Source: Macrostomum lignano (lineage: Eukaryota). Taken from it: DNA of 64,000 nucleotides. Shown piece after piece: positions 37,901-63,722 of the stretch (position 1 is its first letter; each line of letters starts with the position of its first letter). Made by a program: the position numbers and the translations under genes. The DNA lies in assembly GCA_002269645.1 (NCBI GenBank), contig NIVC01000620.1, positions 310,001 to 374,000 on the forward strand, read 5' to 3'. The notes under the pieces were generated by a model. That model made no database searches. It was not told the DNA's origin and worked only from the letters and a program-made list of their open reading frames with translations.

Positions 37901-38610
37901 AAAAATCGCCCTATCTTAAGAATTTCCTCAGCTGAAAAAATCGCCGTAATCTCATTTCTATGGAATTTCATTATGCAAAATTAATTACCAGTGTAAAATA
38001 AATCTTAGTCTACTTTTTTCAATACCCTACTTGTAGTAGAAATATTAAGAAAACTACGTTAATAAGGATTACTCTACTATAAGTAAAAATATCGGATTTT
38101 TTAAAAATATATATTTAAATAAACTCGAACTCACGCAGACTAAACGCCAATGCCAATCGATCGAATTCCGAGTCTCCAACAGTTGAATTTCAAGCCGAAG
38201 TTCGCGACCAGAACGACAATGACGACGACGATAGCAACAATGCTGCTGCTGCTGCTGCTGCTGCACAAGAAGACCAGGAAGTCGCCGAACAGGACGAAGA
38301 CGTGGACCATCCGGCTTTAGTGGCCAGCAATGTTGAAACTCGCCTAGCCGAAGTTCGCGCCAGACTGGCGGCTTCGAGTACTCGAAGTCAAAAGCCTGAC
38401 GGCCTGCTTGGCGAGACAATCTACTCAGTGAGAAGTTCAGCCGATGCTGTGCGGCAAGATGCAGGCCCGATAGCAGCTGCCTCTGTTGCAGACACTGCAG
38501 CAGACAGTTCAGTTGCTAAGGATGAGAACACGGAGAGCGGGGTCAGCTCCCCGGGCGATGCAGGCCCGCACTCGCCATTGGCTGTCATGGCAACTGCAGG
38601 CAACAATTGA
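26424..38610 (+). CDS. MAP7: MAP7/ensconsin-family microtubule-associated protein (9 coding exons in this span)
   Basis: Phase-consistent GT-AG exons 26424-26891, 27832-27903, 28631-28780, 31051-31236, 33280-33608, 34236-34310, 35082-35612, 36049-36566, 38139-38610. N-terminal coiled coil plus FAFGSCTPR; C-terminal MAP7 signature [22 protein letters not shown]. Confidence 0.85.
26985..27715. repeat. Intronic minisatellite, 35-37-bp unit
   Basis: TTATCTCACCTGTTGATTATCTCAAATCTCATCAT. Confidence 0.93.
28850..29415. repeat. Intronic G-rich minisatellite, about 32-bp unit
   Basis: ACAGTCTACTGAAGGCTTGAGGGTAGGGGGTT. Confidence 0.93.
30080..30770. repeat. Degenerate 20-bp minisatellite
   Basis: GTAGATTGGTAGGTTGAGAG variants. 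Confidence 0.8.
31240..32450. repeat. Intronic minisatellite, about 22-bp unit
   Basis: GAGATATGAGACACGGAGAAAT; starts just after the donor at 31237. Confidence 0.93.
32795..33262. repeat. Intronic minisatellite, about 43-bp unit
   Basis: AATCGCCCTTTAGAAATTGATAATAAAAATCGCC…. Confidence 0.9.
33625..34190. repeat. (GTCT)n microsatellite
   Basis: GTCT/GT tract in an intron. Confidence 0.95.
34570..35068. repeat. (CTA)n microsatellite
   Basis: CTA tract ending at the acceptor 35081. Confidence 0.95.
35790..36035. repeat. Intronic minisatellite, 34-bp unit
   Basis: AATCCCTCGTTAATCCACCAGTAAGAGTCACCCT. Confidence 0.9.
36600..37745. repeat. Intronic minisatellite, 17-bp unit
   Basis: TC(A/G)CCCCATTCTATGAA. 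Confidence 0.95.
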
Positions 38611-39899
38611 ATTATTATTGAGTGATTGTTATGTATATCATGCATATATTATGATATTGCCTATTGCTCAATATATTACTCATTTAGTAGTATGCTATTA
38701 TACTGTTAATATATTTGCGCTGTGAATTAGTTAAAGTAAATTGGTTATTAATAAATCTATCTATTTGCCCTTTGCTAATTTGTTGTTTTGGTCGCAGAAA
38801 CTAATTTGCTTTTATGTTGGTCTTCATTCGCAATCTACCCCTATTTGATAAAGTTTTTTATATGAATTTTATTTCTATTTTAGTTGCTTTTATTGCCGTC
38901 TTTTTGTTTGTGTTTTTTGTTGGAAAATATAACAATTGCTCTAATCACAAAAGCCATCCCAGACTCTGTGTCGGCTTCCCATTGTTGGTTCTCCGTCATC
39001 TCCCATGAATATTTGTCATTCTTCATTGCCATTTAATCATTAAAAACCCCGAGTTTGATTCTGTGTTTTAGTCTGTTTATACTACTGCAGCAGCGTGAGC
39101 AGTAGCGTGATGCAAATATTAATGCGGATATAAATTTAACTTGAACTGCTATTTTTAAAAGAACAACATAATCGACTTCTTAATTAATTGAATTGCTACT
39201 CAACTTGTCTTCAACCAAGCTACTAAAAGTAGTATTGATTCAATCTACAATGCAATGCAAATGAGCAACCGACTGCAATATACAATCGTAAATACAAGCA
39301 TTATTTACGAGTGTATTAACTCTATTTTTTAGCTTTTATTTATTTTGACTTCACTCTTACGAGCGTGCAATTTCTGATATAAACAGAACCCGCTTGCTCT
39401 AGTTTCACCTGGATGAAGTGTGTTTGCGTTTATTTTTCTTCATTTAGACTGTATCATTTGCTTATACGACCTACTAATCAGTGGTAATGAACGAATATTC
39501 GTATATATTTTTGGTGTGCTTTCCTAATTATAATCAAATTTTCTAATACTTAACTGAAGCATCATTGCTACTCAGTGTCCTGATTCGCTCTTTCGACTAT
39601 TGCTACTTTCTCAGTAGTACCTTGTGTACATCCGTTACAAACTTTGTCGAGTTGAAAGCATCAATAAAACAAAATAAACTGACTGAAAAATGGGTTATTG
39701 TCCAAAAACTGCTTGACTAACGATCTGTGAGCTTTTCTACACTTGAACTGTGTACTTTGGCAGAACTAGCTCTGATTGATATTGCCTTGTGTTGTCATCT
39801 ATTCATTTTTCCTTATTTTAGTTTACTAAGCCACATACAAACAACTCAGTTTTAGGATATAGGATTGAAGTATTTAAAGAGGGAAAGCCAACCACATTA

Positions 39900-40335
39900 C
39901 TCACCCGCAATGTACACTCGCTGCCAGACCAGACCCGCTACAACCCCCACCCCTCACCCGCAATGTACACTCGCTGCCAGGCCAAACCCGCCACAACCCC
40001 CACCCATCACCCGCAATGTACACTCGCTGCCAGACCAGACCCGCTCCAACCCCCACCCATCACCCGCAATGTACACTCGCTGCCAGACCAGACCCGCTCC
40101 AACCCCCACCCATCACCCGCAATGTACAATCGCTGCCAGGCTAGACCCGCTACAACCCCCACCCATCACCCGCAATGTACACTCGCTGCCAGGCCAAACC
40201 CGCTCCAACCCCACACCTCACCCGCAATGTACACTCGCTGCAAGCCCAGGCCCGCTCCAACTCCAACCCCTCACCCGCAATGTACACTCGCTGCTAGGCC
40301 AGACCCGCTCCAACTCCAACCCTCACCCGCAATGT
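39900..40335. repeat. Minisatellite, about 53-bp unit
   Basis: CACCCGCAATGTACACTCGCTGCCAGACCAGACCCGCTCCAACCCCCACCCAT. Confidence 0.92.
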
Positions 40336-42139
40336 AAATTTAATCACAGCAGCCGCCGTTTTCAATCGATTTATTATTATTTGCCATCTGTCAAACGGGA
40401 TGGGATTTCAAATCGCGAATTCGGTTTAGCAGCACGCTGAAGCCTCGTGGCTTTTACCATATGGCATGTCAGCCGTGCTACCTGCAGTTCATTCTTAACT
40501 GCCTCATGCACATGACATACCGGATGCAAATTAGTCAACTGCTTGCTGTTCCTCTTCAACCCTGCTCATTTGCAATACAGGCAGATGGTGTAGACTCTAC
40601 TAATGATTGATGAAGCAGATACTGCAACTTTGCCTGATGGTGATGGCTCATTCTCATCACCATCAAAGTCCATAATCACACTGCTTGTGTGATTTTTTGT
40701 ACGACTGAAATAAAAGGTGAAAGAGAGAGGGTCCTGTCATGCAGTATATAAGTTTTTTGCCAGTTTACCAAATACATATATGCTAGATAAAGCCAGAAAA
40801 AGTAGTCAAGCATGGCTAATGCTACTACAGCCCCTTTCCTTATTTAAGCTGAGCTCTTTAGTTTTTTAAAAGAACAAGATAGCAATTATTAATTTATAAA
40901 AGGATTACACATATTGTAAACAACATACACAAACAACTATTTCTGAAATAATTATAATAAAAGGAAAATGATAATATAGTACAACATAAATATCATAGTA
41001 CCATCGAGATCTAACCTCTGCTTAAGTTGGCCAAAATAGTTATGAATAGTTTCTTAAATATTTAAACCCTTTAGCATAGAGAAATTACTTAGGAATGGCA
41101 TATGTACCGTCACAGGAAAATTTCAAAGTGAACAGTGCAAGTCCCATGATAATTGGTTGATTCACATTTTAAAATTTATCACATAAATAGAGACAATAGA
41201 GTCAGCATCAGTTTAATTCATGTGAATATGCCATGGGTAAATGCTTTAATGCTTATTAAAAAAACCCTTTTGTCAAAAGAATATAAGTTACGAAAGCTAT
41301 AGCTAGTGAGCTACTATTAATACTAAACAGTGTTATGGAGATATATAGTTAATACAATGCTTATAGCCTTTCATAAATAATATATTTATAATTATATATG
41401 GTATTAACCCTGATGATGATGGCATATATGTATATGAGTATGCAAGCTACCATAATCGTGCAAATCTGACAAATGCATTTTTGGCCAATATATATATTGT
41501 GTTATATATTCATATGCACATACCAACTGCAAATATACTTTGAATACTTGTTACTCGTAAAGTTGAATGAAAAAAATTACGAGCGTACACAACTAATGCT
41601 ATCTTACACTACCAGTACTAGGACGAGCGTACACAACCAATACTATCTTACACTACCAACTAGGCCCTTATCCGAAGGCCCTATCCAATGTAATTATTGC
41701 AATGTGAATTGTACCTGGATAAATTGCTAAAGGAAGTTCCTTTGAAAGACTTAAATAAGGATGGTTTTGCAGGGAAGTAACAGCTGAAAAAGGTATTTGG
41801 ATGAGTCCGGGTCAGTTGAATATGTGCCATTTTATTATCGCAGACAACATTACAATAATTATAAGAAAAATTATAACTCACATTGTAAGTTTTGTTCTGA
41901 AATTGTGTTGCATGAAAACTATTGCAATAATAATAATTTTTTCAATTTTTTTCGACTAGTGCTCAGCTTCATCGGAAATGACTGGCTCGACGCTGCGCCC
42001 CCGCGCTGCCATCGCAACGCCGCCACCCCAAATGATGAGTTGGGAAGCTGCATAAAGCCCACAGTCCTGCAGCTGGCGAGAGGCACAAAAGCGACAAGAA
42101 CATCCCATCTCCGTAAGACTCCCCACAGCCGCTCTGACC

Positions 42140-42895
42140 ATGCAGACTTTGTCAATTCTGCCGCTGATTCTCTGCTGTTGCATCGCTCTCGGCCACTCGC
42201 TGGGCGCTGAATTCGGCCACTTGGGCTGCTTCGTGGACGAAGGAACTCCAAACCGAGACCTCACCGGTCTTGTTGGCTTGTCCACCATCGGGCCCCACTC
42301 GAAGACGCCGGGTGAGGGCGACGTCGCACATAGCAGCATGACTTTGGAGCTTTGCAGCGAAATCTGCGCCTATGGAAAATTCCGCTACTTTGGTGTTCAA
42401 AATTCAGCTGGTTGCTTCTGCGGAAACTCGTACGGCAAACACGGCAAGGCAGCCGACAGCGACTGCAACATGGCCTGCGCTGGAAACTCCGCCCAAATCT
42501 GCGGAGGGTCGGGGCGAAACTCCGTGTACCGGCAGGTCTACAATCGTCCAGGTGAGCGTAGCGGAATTTACAATCAATGCTGTTCTACTTTTACATGTAC
42601 ATGCACTTCCCCACTTGCCCACCAGAGTAGCGGAGCAGTCGATATCTCTTCTGTCTTTTCAGATAGCGAATATTTCGCTTTGGCTGACCGAGACTACGTG
42701 AACGTGACCTCTACCCGCGGGCCCTTCTACCGCACCGAGCAGCCCGTCAGGAGTCTGACTGAATGCCTACTAGCTCGCTGCGTCACAGACTGCCAGGCCG
42801 TGCTGTTCCTCCTGGACGCCTGCCACCTGCTGAGATTCCCCGTTCTGCCGCACGAGCTGAAGAACGTCACTGGGAAGTTCGCCACCCGCGTGTGA
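42140..42895 (+). CDS. Secreted WSC-domain protein with a C-terminal PAN/apple-like Cys module
   Basis: Signal peptide; HLGCFVD…LELCSEIC…FGVQ…CFCG…CNMACAGN…ICGG…RNSVY WSC pattern; probable in-frame intron 42552-42662. Confidence 0.88.
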   Translation: MQTLSILPLILCCCIALGHSLGAEFGHLGCFVDEGTPNRDLTGLVGLSTIGPHSKTPGEGDVAHSSMTLELCSEICAYGKFRYFGVQNSAGCFCGNSYGKHGKAADSDCNMACAGNSAQICGGSGRNSVYRQVYNRPGERSGIYNQCCSTFTCTCTSPLAHQSSGAVDISSVFSDSEYFALADRDYVNVTSTRGPFYRTEQPVRSLTECLLARCVTDCQAVLFLLDACHLLRFPVLPHELKNVTGKFATRV

Positions 42896-43755
42896 GGGAC
42901 CACCTGATTCGAAGCAAGGAGTCTCGGCTGCTTAAGCTTTCTGGTTGCTGAACTCTGATTTCTGACACCATCCGATTGCTGCAAGTCTAACCATAGGGCA
43001 TAGTTAATTTATACTCAAGACAAATCACCTGAGTTCAAATAAAATGACAATATTCACTGCCGAAAAGAAAGAACTTTAGCGGCTTCTGAGCAGTAGCTTA
43101 TTGGCAAATAAATTCGTTTTTTATCCTGATCGATCGAGCCAGCTACAGCAGGCACAATGGTAGCAGTAGCAACCAAAGCATATTTTGCTGACACACTATT
43201 GACTCTAAGCAGTATCAGATTCACGAGAACGAATCAGATCCAGAAGCCACTCAGTTCACTCACTCCTGTGTCAGCTCTTGCAACGCTCAATATTCACGCC
43301 AATTTCTCTGCATTGGAAAACTTTTCTGCCTCCATAAGGCGCGCTGGCACCTCAGAGGTTGCAGAATAAATTTAGAGTGTTATGCTCCGAAATACTACTT
43401 GCACAGCTGAAGCCACAACAGCTTCTGGTAGCTGACATGCCAGGTTCACAATATGCTAGCTATGGTTTAAACGCCTTAAAACCTGTAGCACCTGCACATT
43501 AATAACTTCGTACTCATATAAATGGAAGTGAGAATAGGAATCGCAGCATTCGATGGATAGGATGGCCGAGTACCGACTGACCGAAAGTAAAAACTAGTCT
43601 GACGAAGCTGTTAATTAGTTTAACAGCAGTCAGTGAGCAGGCCAGATGCAGGTGAAATAATTAACAGTGGAGCTCCAAGTTTTTTCTGCCCGTCTCCACC
43701 GCGGGGGGCAGGGGGGCATGTTCCTCCCAGTAAGCTATAAAATTTGCGCATATTG

Positions 43756-43769
43756 GTTGCCATGGAAAC
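43756..43769. promoter_or_regulatory. X-box (RFX-binding) motif
   Basis: GTTGCCATGGAAAC. Confidence 0.5.
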
Positions 43770-44244
43770 GGGTAGGAGGCTTTTTCATTGATTTTTCAAC
43801 TGCAGAAAAACCCACCAATTTATCCCATTAGCATGCAGGCACTTCGTCTGTGCATGCAGCGTTTGGTGTATGAGGCTGAGCTCATCCCCAACGCATCATC
43901 CGTTTTAACTGTAGCATTGAACTACGCGCTGCCGACTCTCCTGTGTGAGTCCGACAGATAAAGTTTTTTTTCTGGGTAGGGCGATCAGAAATAAACTTAA
44001 TGCATGTGAAGTGACATGGAGTGAGGTGTGGAGTTGGGAAGAGGCAATAAACAACCTCTCTGTAATGCAGTTGACAACTGGAAAACAGCAGAATGCTCAA
44101 TTGCTTTCAGTTAGCTTAGCTTGCATTGATGGCTTTATACGAGCTTACATACTCTTACTAACGAAGCGCATTGTACATGTTTTCGTTATTCCACACTTTT
44201 GAATCATGCTTCAATTGGCTGTTTTGAGTTAGTTTACCATAAAC

Positions 44245-44762
44245 AACTGTGATGTGTCTTAGTTTGACCATAGACAACTGTGATGTGTCTTAGTTTGACC
44301 ATAGACAACACTGTGATGTGTGTTAGTTTGACTATAGACAACACTGTGATGTGTGTCTTAGTTTGACCATAGACAACTGTGATGTGTGTCTTAGTTTGAC
44401 CATAGACAACTGTGATGTGTGTCTTAGTTTGACCATAGACAACTGTGATGTGTGTCTTAGTTTGACCATAGACAACACTGTGATGTGTGTTAGTTTGACT
44501 ATAGACAACACTGTGATGTGTGTCTTAGTTTGACCATAGACAACATTGTGATGTGTGTCTTAGTTTGATCATAGACAACATTGTGATGAGTGTCTTAGTT
44601 TGACCATAGACAACATTTTGATGAGTGTCTTAGTTTGATCATAGACAACATTGTGATGTGTGTCTTAGTTTGACCATAGACAACATTGTGATGTGTGTCT
44701 TAGTTTGATCATAGACAACATTGTGATGAGTGTCTTAGTTTGACCATAGACAACATTTTGAT
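44245..44762. repeat. Minisatellite, 31-35-bp unit
   Basis: GTGATGTGTGTCTTAGTTTGACCATAGACAAC(ATT). Confidence 0.92.
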
Positions 44763-45445
44763 GAATGCTGAATTCTTCTAAGAAAGAAGGAAGAAAGAAA
44801 TTAAAAGCCACTTGTGTGATTTCAAGCAACTATAGTGCTGGTGCCTCTCGTCAAACAGCTGCGCTTATTATAATTCGTTTATTATTAATTAATCTTCCTT
44901 TCGACAGTCACAATGATTTCCAGATTGGATACCGGTACACCAAGAAAGCTCATCAATTAAGTGAAGCAGTCACTGGAAGCCAAGAAGCGCTCGGTAATCC
45001 GCCACTAAGAGTCACCCTAATCCCTCGTTAGTCCATCCCTAAGAGTCACCCTAATCCCTCGTTAATCCACCAGAAATGTTTGCGCAATGTACACTCGATG
45101 CCAGGCCAGACCCGCTCCAACCTCCAACCACACCTTAGCAGTAAATTTTGAGATTAGAAATGATAAATAAGCGAATAAGCAGTGAAATAGAAATTATGTG
45201 ACAGCGGCAGCTGCAGATGAGAAACTAAAATAATCAAACAGTCCGTGGCAAGGTCGTGAAAGAAGCTTTCACTCATTTTATTAATTATGACACAGCCGTC
45301 ATCGGACACGAAGTAAAAAAGTCACCGACAAATATTTGATTGTCTATTGAAAATTTCAACTTGTTTCTTTTTCCCAGAAATTTATTGTTATTTTTTGTCA
45401 TCTGTAAAACGGAATTTCACGAAATGGAACATAAAATGGCCTCTG

Positions 45446-46591
45446 TCAGCCTTTCCAGAACAGATTGTCAAACGGCTTATTTGGCACAGGCTTGAGTACG
45501 TAGAAGGCCCCAGGTTTCCTGGGGTTAATTTTGCCCTTCTCAATCTGCAGAACGGCTCCATTGTTGTCGTGGGTGCCGCTGTAGCCCGGGGCGCTGAAGA
45601 CGGTGACGCAGTGCCGGTTTAGCAGCACGTGGAAGCCTTCTTTAGCTACCTGGTGGCCGCGGACAACAAAGCTGACCCCGAACTGTTGCAGCACCGAGTC
45701 CAGGGCCTCGCTAGAGAACAGAAACGAGCAACCGCGTTTCGTTGGCGCCCAGTTGATTTTGGTTTTCTCGCCGGTTATCTGGAAGTGGTCGTAGATGACA
45801 TTGTGCTGCGGATCTGCCCAGAGCAGGTCGCAGTGCACGCCGAACTGAGGCGGCTCGTACGGCCGGTCCATGCTGTTCAGAGCTTCAACACAGGCGTCCT
45901 GATCGCAGTCCAGAAATGGTGGCAGAGAAAAACTTGGCGATATGCCGCCGTGGCAGCAGAAGATCTGCCGGCCCACAACGGCACTCAGAGGCAGCCACTG
46001 GAAGCAGCGAAGGAAGCCGCGAAGCACCTGGATGCCTTTCTCCTCGCCGAAGCGCTGGTACAGCTCATCTTTGAAGCCGTACCGAAGGCAGACGTTGGCA
46101 GCTTCGTGATTTCCGCGCAGCAGGTAGACTGAGTCTGGATACAGCATCATTAAGCAGAGCAGGAGCATCATCACCTCAATTGAGTACTTGCCACGATCGA
46201 TGTAGTCGCCCAGGAACAGATAGCGAGTTGCGGGCGGCTGGCCCAGCCCGTCGAAGTAGCGCAGCAGGTCGTGAAATTGGCCGTGTATGTCGCCGACAAT
46301 GTTGACGGGAGTGCTCACTCGCAGGCAGGGGTTCGTGTGCCTGCTCATGTACATCAGGGCAGCGTGGCACAGGACTAGGCACTCTTGGGCTGTCACCTTT
46401 GGGTGATTCACAAAGTCGTCAACTGGGAAGCTGAGCAGCCTCATCGCAAACTCTTTGAGGTTAAGTTCGTCTCTGATCACCAGATTGCTGGACGATTCGG
46501 TATTGTGATTCGAGCGCGGACCCTCGGTGACGTCAAGGCCACCGCCGTCGTCCTTATTTGGATCCGCCGTAGATGGCGCTTCTTGATCCAT
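45446..46591 (-). CDS. PPP-family Ser/Thr protein phosphatase, divergent PP1-like, intronless (381 aa)
   Basis: GDIHGQ, GDYIDRG, LRGNHE, HGG, RGHQ and SAPGY motifs. Confidence 0.95.
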   Translation of the reverse strand: MDQEAPSTADPNKDDGGGLDVTEGPRSNHNTESSSNLVIRDELNLKEFAMRLLSFPVDDFVNHPKVTAQECLVLCHAALMYMSRHTNPCLRVSTPVNIVGDIHGQFHDLLRYFDGLGQPPATRYLFLGDYIDRGKYSIEVMMLLLCLMMLYPDSVYLLRGNHEAANVCLRYGFKDELYQRFGEEKGIQVLRGFLRCFQWLPLSAVVGRQIFCCHGGISPSFSLPPFLDCDQDACVEALNSMDRPYEPPQFGVHCDLLWADPQHNVIYDHFQITGEKTKINWAPTKRGCSFLFSSEALDSVLQQFGVSFVVRGHQVAKEGFHVLLNRHCVTVFSAPGYSGTHDNNGAVLQIEKGKINPRKPGAFYVLKPVPNKPFDNLFWKG

Positions 46592-48466
46592 TGCTGCTCT
46601 TGACGCTTGCTGTGGTTCCGCTTCCTAATCGATCGAGCCGACTTAGAGGTAAAATAAATCCGTCTACTGCTCAAATTGAAATGCCTTGTACTCATATGCC
46701 CCCATGCAAAATTCTTTTCAAGCTTCAAGCGCCAATTCTCTGTTCCATATTCCGAATAATAATAGTCTATGTCCCAAACGAACCTGAGGTTTGCCACGCA
46801 TTGAGTGTGACTGCCCGCGCCCCTGCTACATTAACTCAGCACTTTTAATTGCCTCTTTGAGAGTTTTATTAAACAGAACTTCATACTTTCACTGCGATCG
46901 ATATGGATTTTGCACTCAATGCTCATCGCGGGTTCCTTGTGCAAGTGCAGCAAAGTAAATGTGCGTACGAGCTAATTCACGTGTACATGACTTAAACTGG
47001 GCAATATGTTCGTGTTTTCACTTATCATTACCCTTCCCAATGCACTATAGCAAACTTGGTTAGTTTATTTATGCTGCTGAGCTATTTACTGCAGGCACAG
47101 CTTCATGAACTTCATTTGCGTTCGAAAGTTGGTTCTGTTTCAGGTAACTTGTAAATGTAAAAATGGAATCCAGAAAATTACATGTTACATGTACATTGTA
47201 CATTACGAATGTCATTACGGATGTCATTTTGTAATGTCATTACAAAATTACATTTACGGAAGACTAAGACTAATTCACTTAGCATTAAATACCATTTTAT
47301 CGCATTTCAATCCAATTTACGGGCGTCTAATTATATCAAAAATGGATGGTTGGTTTAAGCAAACATGACTATGAAATAAACAGACATGCATTTTTTGCGA
47401 AGTAAAATTATTCGTTCAATTACATGGGCTTATTTAAAAAATCACAAGCTCTAAAAGTCACAAAAAGTAAAAAAATTATAATCTCAAGCCTGAAATTCAC
47501 AACCTGAGACAAACACCGGCGTTAATATTGGTAGAACTTAACAATCGATTTTTGTGTAGAAAGAAATAATTTCAATACGAAAGCTCTGCAATCACCTAGT
47601 TTAAAAAATCCGGAAGATTTTTTCGTATTAACAAATGAATGTGCGCGCACAACAAAAACGTAACTCTAATTTTTGAAGCTAATCTAAGAATTATATTAAA
47701 ATTACTTGGTTACACTCATATTTTCTGTCGAAAGTAATTTAATTTCTAAATATTGTTCGCCTATAAAGGTTTACAGTAACAACAACATTTAACATGTCTA
47801 ATGCACGGTGTATCTTTTCGGAATTCACAGCTGTGGCAGTTTAGTGTTAGTGTAGTACTCAGATAGTTTGTTTGAAATGGTTTTTCTGTTGTCACTTAGG
47901 CCTAATTAAAATTTAAAAGCTATTTGAGTACAAAATATTGATAGTTGCCTTTAGTCTTTTTTCTGCTATTAATTCACAGACTTCTGATAATAGTAAAAAT
48001 GCAAATCAACAATTTTTGTACATTCTTCACAATCTAATGTATTTAAAATACATTTTTGTCCCATTTAAATCATTATAAAGTATTTTTAGATTAAGTTTTC
48101 TGTGTTTTAAGTTTAAAATTATTTTTTGTAATGCATACTTGTATAACAGGTGTGGTTATAGTGAATTAATTTTGTATTTATTGTATGAAATTTTTAATGT
48201 GAAGCTCTGACAAGGATGCAAATAAAAAAATCTAATATTTTTTTGTAAAAAATTCTTATAGTTATTGCAAATTTGGCTCATATATTAAGACTAGATTTCT
48301 TGGTATAGTTCTGAATTCCTTCAAATAATAAATTAGAGTAAATATATTTACTGTATTTTATTTGTAGAATATTTTATTGATTGTAAAAAATATTAAGCCA
48401 ATTTAAGGCAACAATAATTAAAAAAAACATTTCATTTGTTTCCATTACCAGCTGAAGCAATCAGTT

Positions 48467-54623
<6,157 letters not shown>

Positions 54624-56088
54624 CTTCATGCAATTTTCCATGTAAATACATAAAAAATTCATGTAATTGTGGTGATGGGGCTCACGGGCTCGGTCCCTTC
54701 GTGGGCTGCTTGATGTGGGAGCTGCTTGGGGTGGGACCGGCGTACGACGCAATTAATCCCTCTAAGGTGCTTACTAGTACAGATGCAGACCCAAATAACT
54801 AGCAGATTTTAAGGCTTACCAGCCGCGATTTCGGTCGTTTGACCCTCAAACGGCGCCGACAGAGCAGGTGGGAGTCTTCATTGTATTCTTTGTGTTTGTA
54901 TTTGGGCGCCCGCGCCAGGATAACTTAATGGCAACCAACGCTAGCACAAATCACCGGGAGCGACGAGAACGACGTGAATGGGGTCTCACGGGGGTCTGAA
55001 TATATAGGCAGCAAACTGGGGTCGAGGGCGCGGGATGAAGGTGGCAACAGGGGGCTTAGACAACAGCATGAGACCAAAATGAGAAGTGCCAGCCAATTGC
55101 CGAGGGCGCAGCACGACAGACTGGGATTGGCAGCCAATCAAAAACTACAGGGGCGGGGCAGTATGAGTATTATGAGTAGGATATAGTGCACTCATAAAAA
55201 CACATTCATGACATATTAAAGTGTAATATACATGTAACATTTTAAACTTTCACTGATCTTCTGCTTCACATGTATGCAATTTTTTGAATAATAAAATACA
55301 GTAAAGTAGAATTTGTGAATACATGATTTTTTTATTTATGAAGGTAAACTTAAATTAATATTTTAGGTTCGAAACGTCTATTTCATAACTGAATCAAAAT
55401 TCTTGAAAACATTCTTGAAGACATGGACTCAAGGCGTGAATATTTTTGCACAACTTTTTTAGATACTTCTACTGCAAGGAATAAAGTATACAAGAAAATT
55501 CATTTCGTTAAGAAGCAGAAAATGTTCGCACAGTACAAGGTTTGTACAGGCAACAGAGCTAGGAAAATGACAAAGAAAAGAATATAGCCAGCCCGATTTT
55601 TTGCTGCAAATGTTTTCTAGATTGTAAATTTGTTACAATATTAGTATACGTAACTCTAAAAAGAGCTTCAGTTCCTACTTTTCAAAATTCGGGTTTCTAA
55701 AGCCTACGAAAAGCCATCAGAATATAAAAGTTTGTACGTGTTTTTTACGTATAATTTTAACTTATTTTAACAAATTAGACATAAAGTTAGTGCTTATTTG
55801 TTGCTGAATAAAACAGTTTGCCAGAATTTTTAGCATAATTAGACAATATTTTAAAATCCATATATTAGATCTAAATTGTAGTAGTATATTGTTTTGTTGT
55901 CTTTTTGTTGTTTTTCAACACGAATTTTTTTCTTGATTTAAATCAAAATCTTGATTTGAACTTAGCTTAGTACAGTAACAGCAGCGGGTTGATTCCCCTT
56001 CTGTCCCATCAAATATGGCTGTATTTTAGTCCCTTTATTAAAAGGATTAAAAGATTATCATTTTAAAAACCATCCATCTGCGCATTAG

Positions 56089-63515
<7,427 letters not shown>

Positions 63516-63664
63516 TTGAAAATGAAAGAATATCGCTAGCTTGGTTTTCATGATACTACTGATTGTTATCTTTAGTAGGGGGTCCCCTCTTCAAAAGTAG
63601 AATTATCGTGCAAAAATTGAAAATGAACGATTATTTATGATCTAGTCTATGAATTCATCAGCTC

Positions 63665-63675
63665 AGTTAGTTAGC

Positions 63676-63722
<47 letters not shown>

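Noticed and set aside
40348-40608. Open frame of about 87 codons after the 53-bp array
   Set aside because: No recognisable homology and no convincing partner exons.
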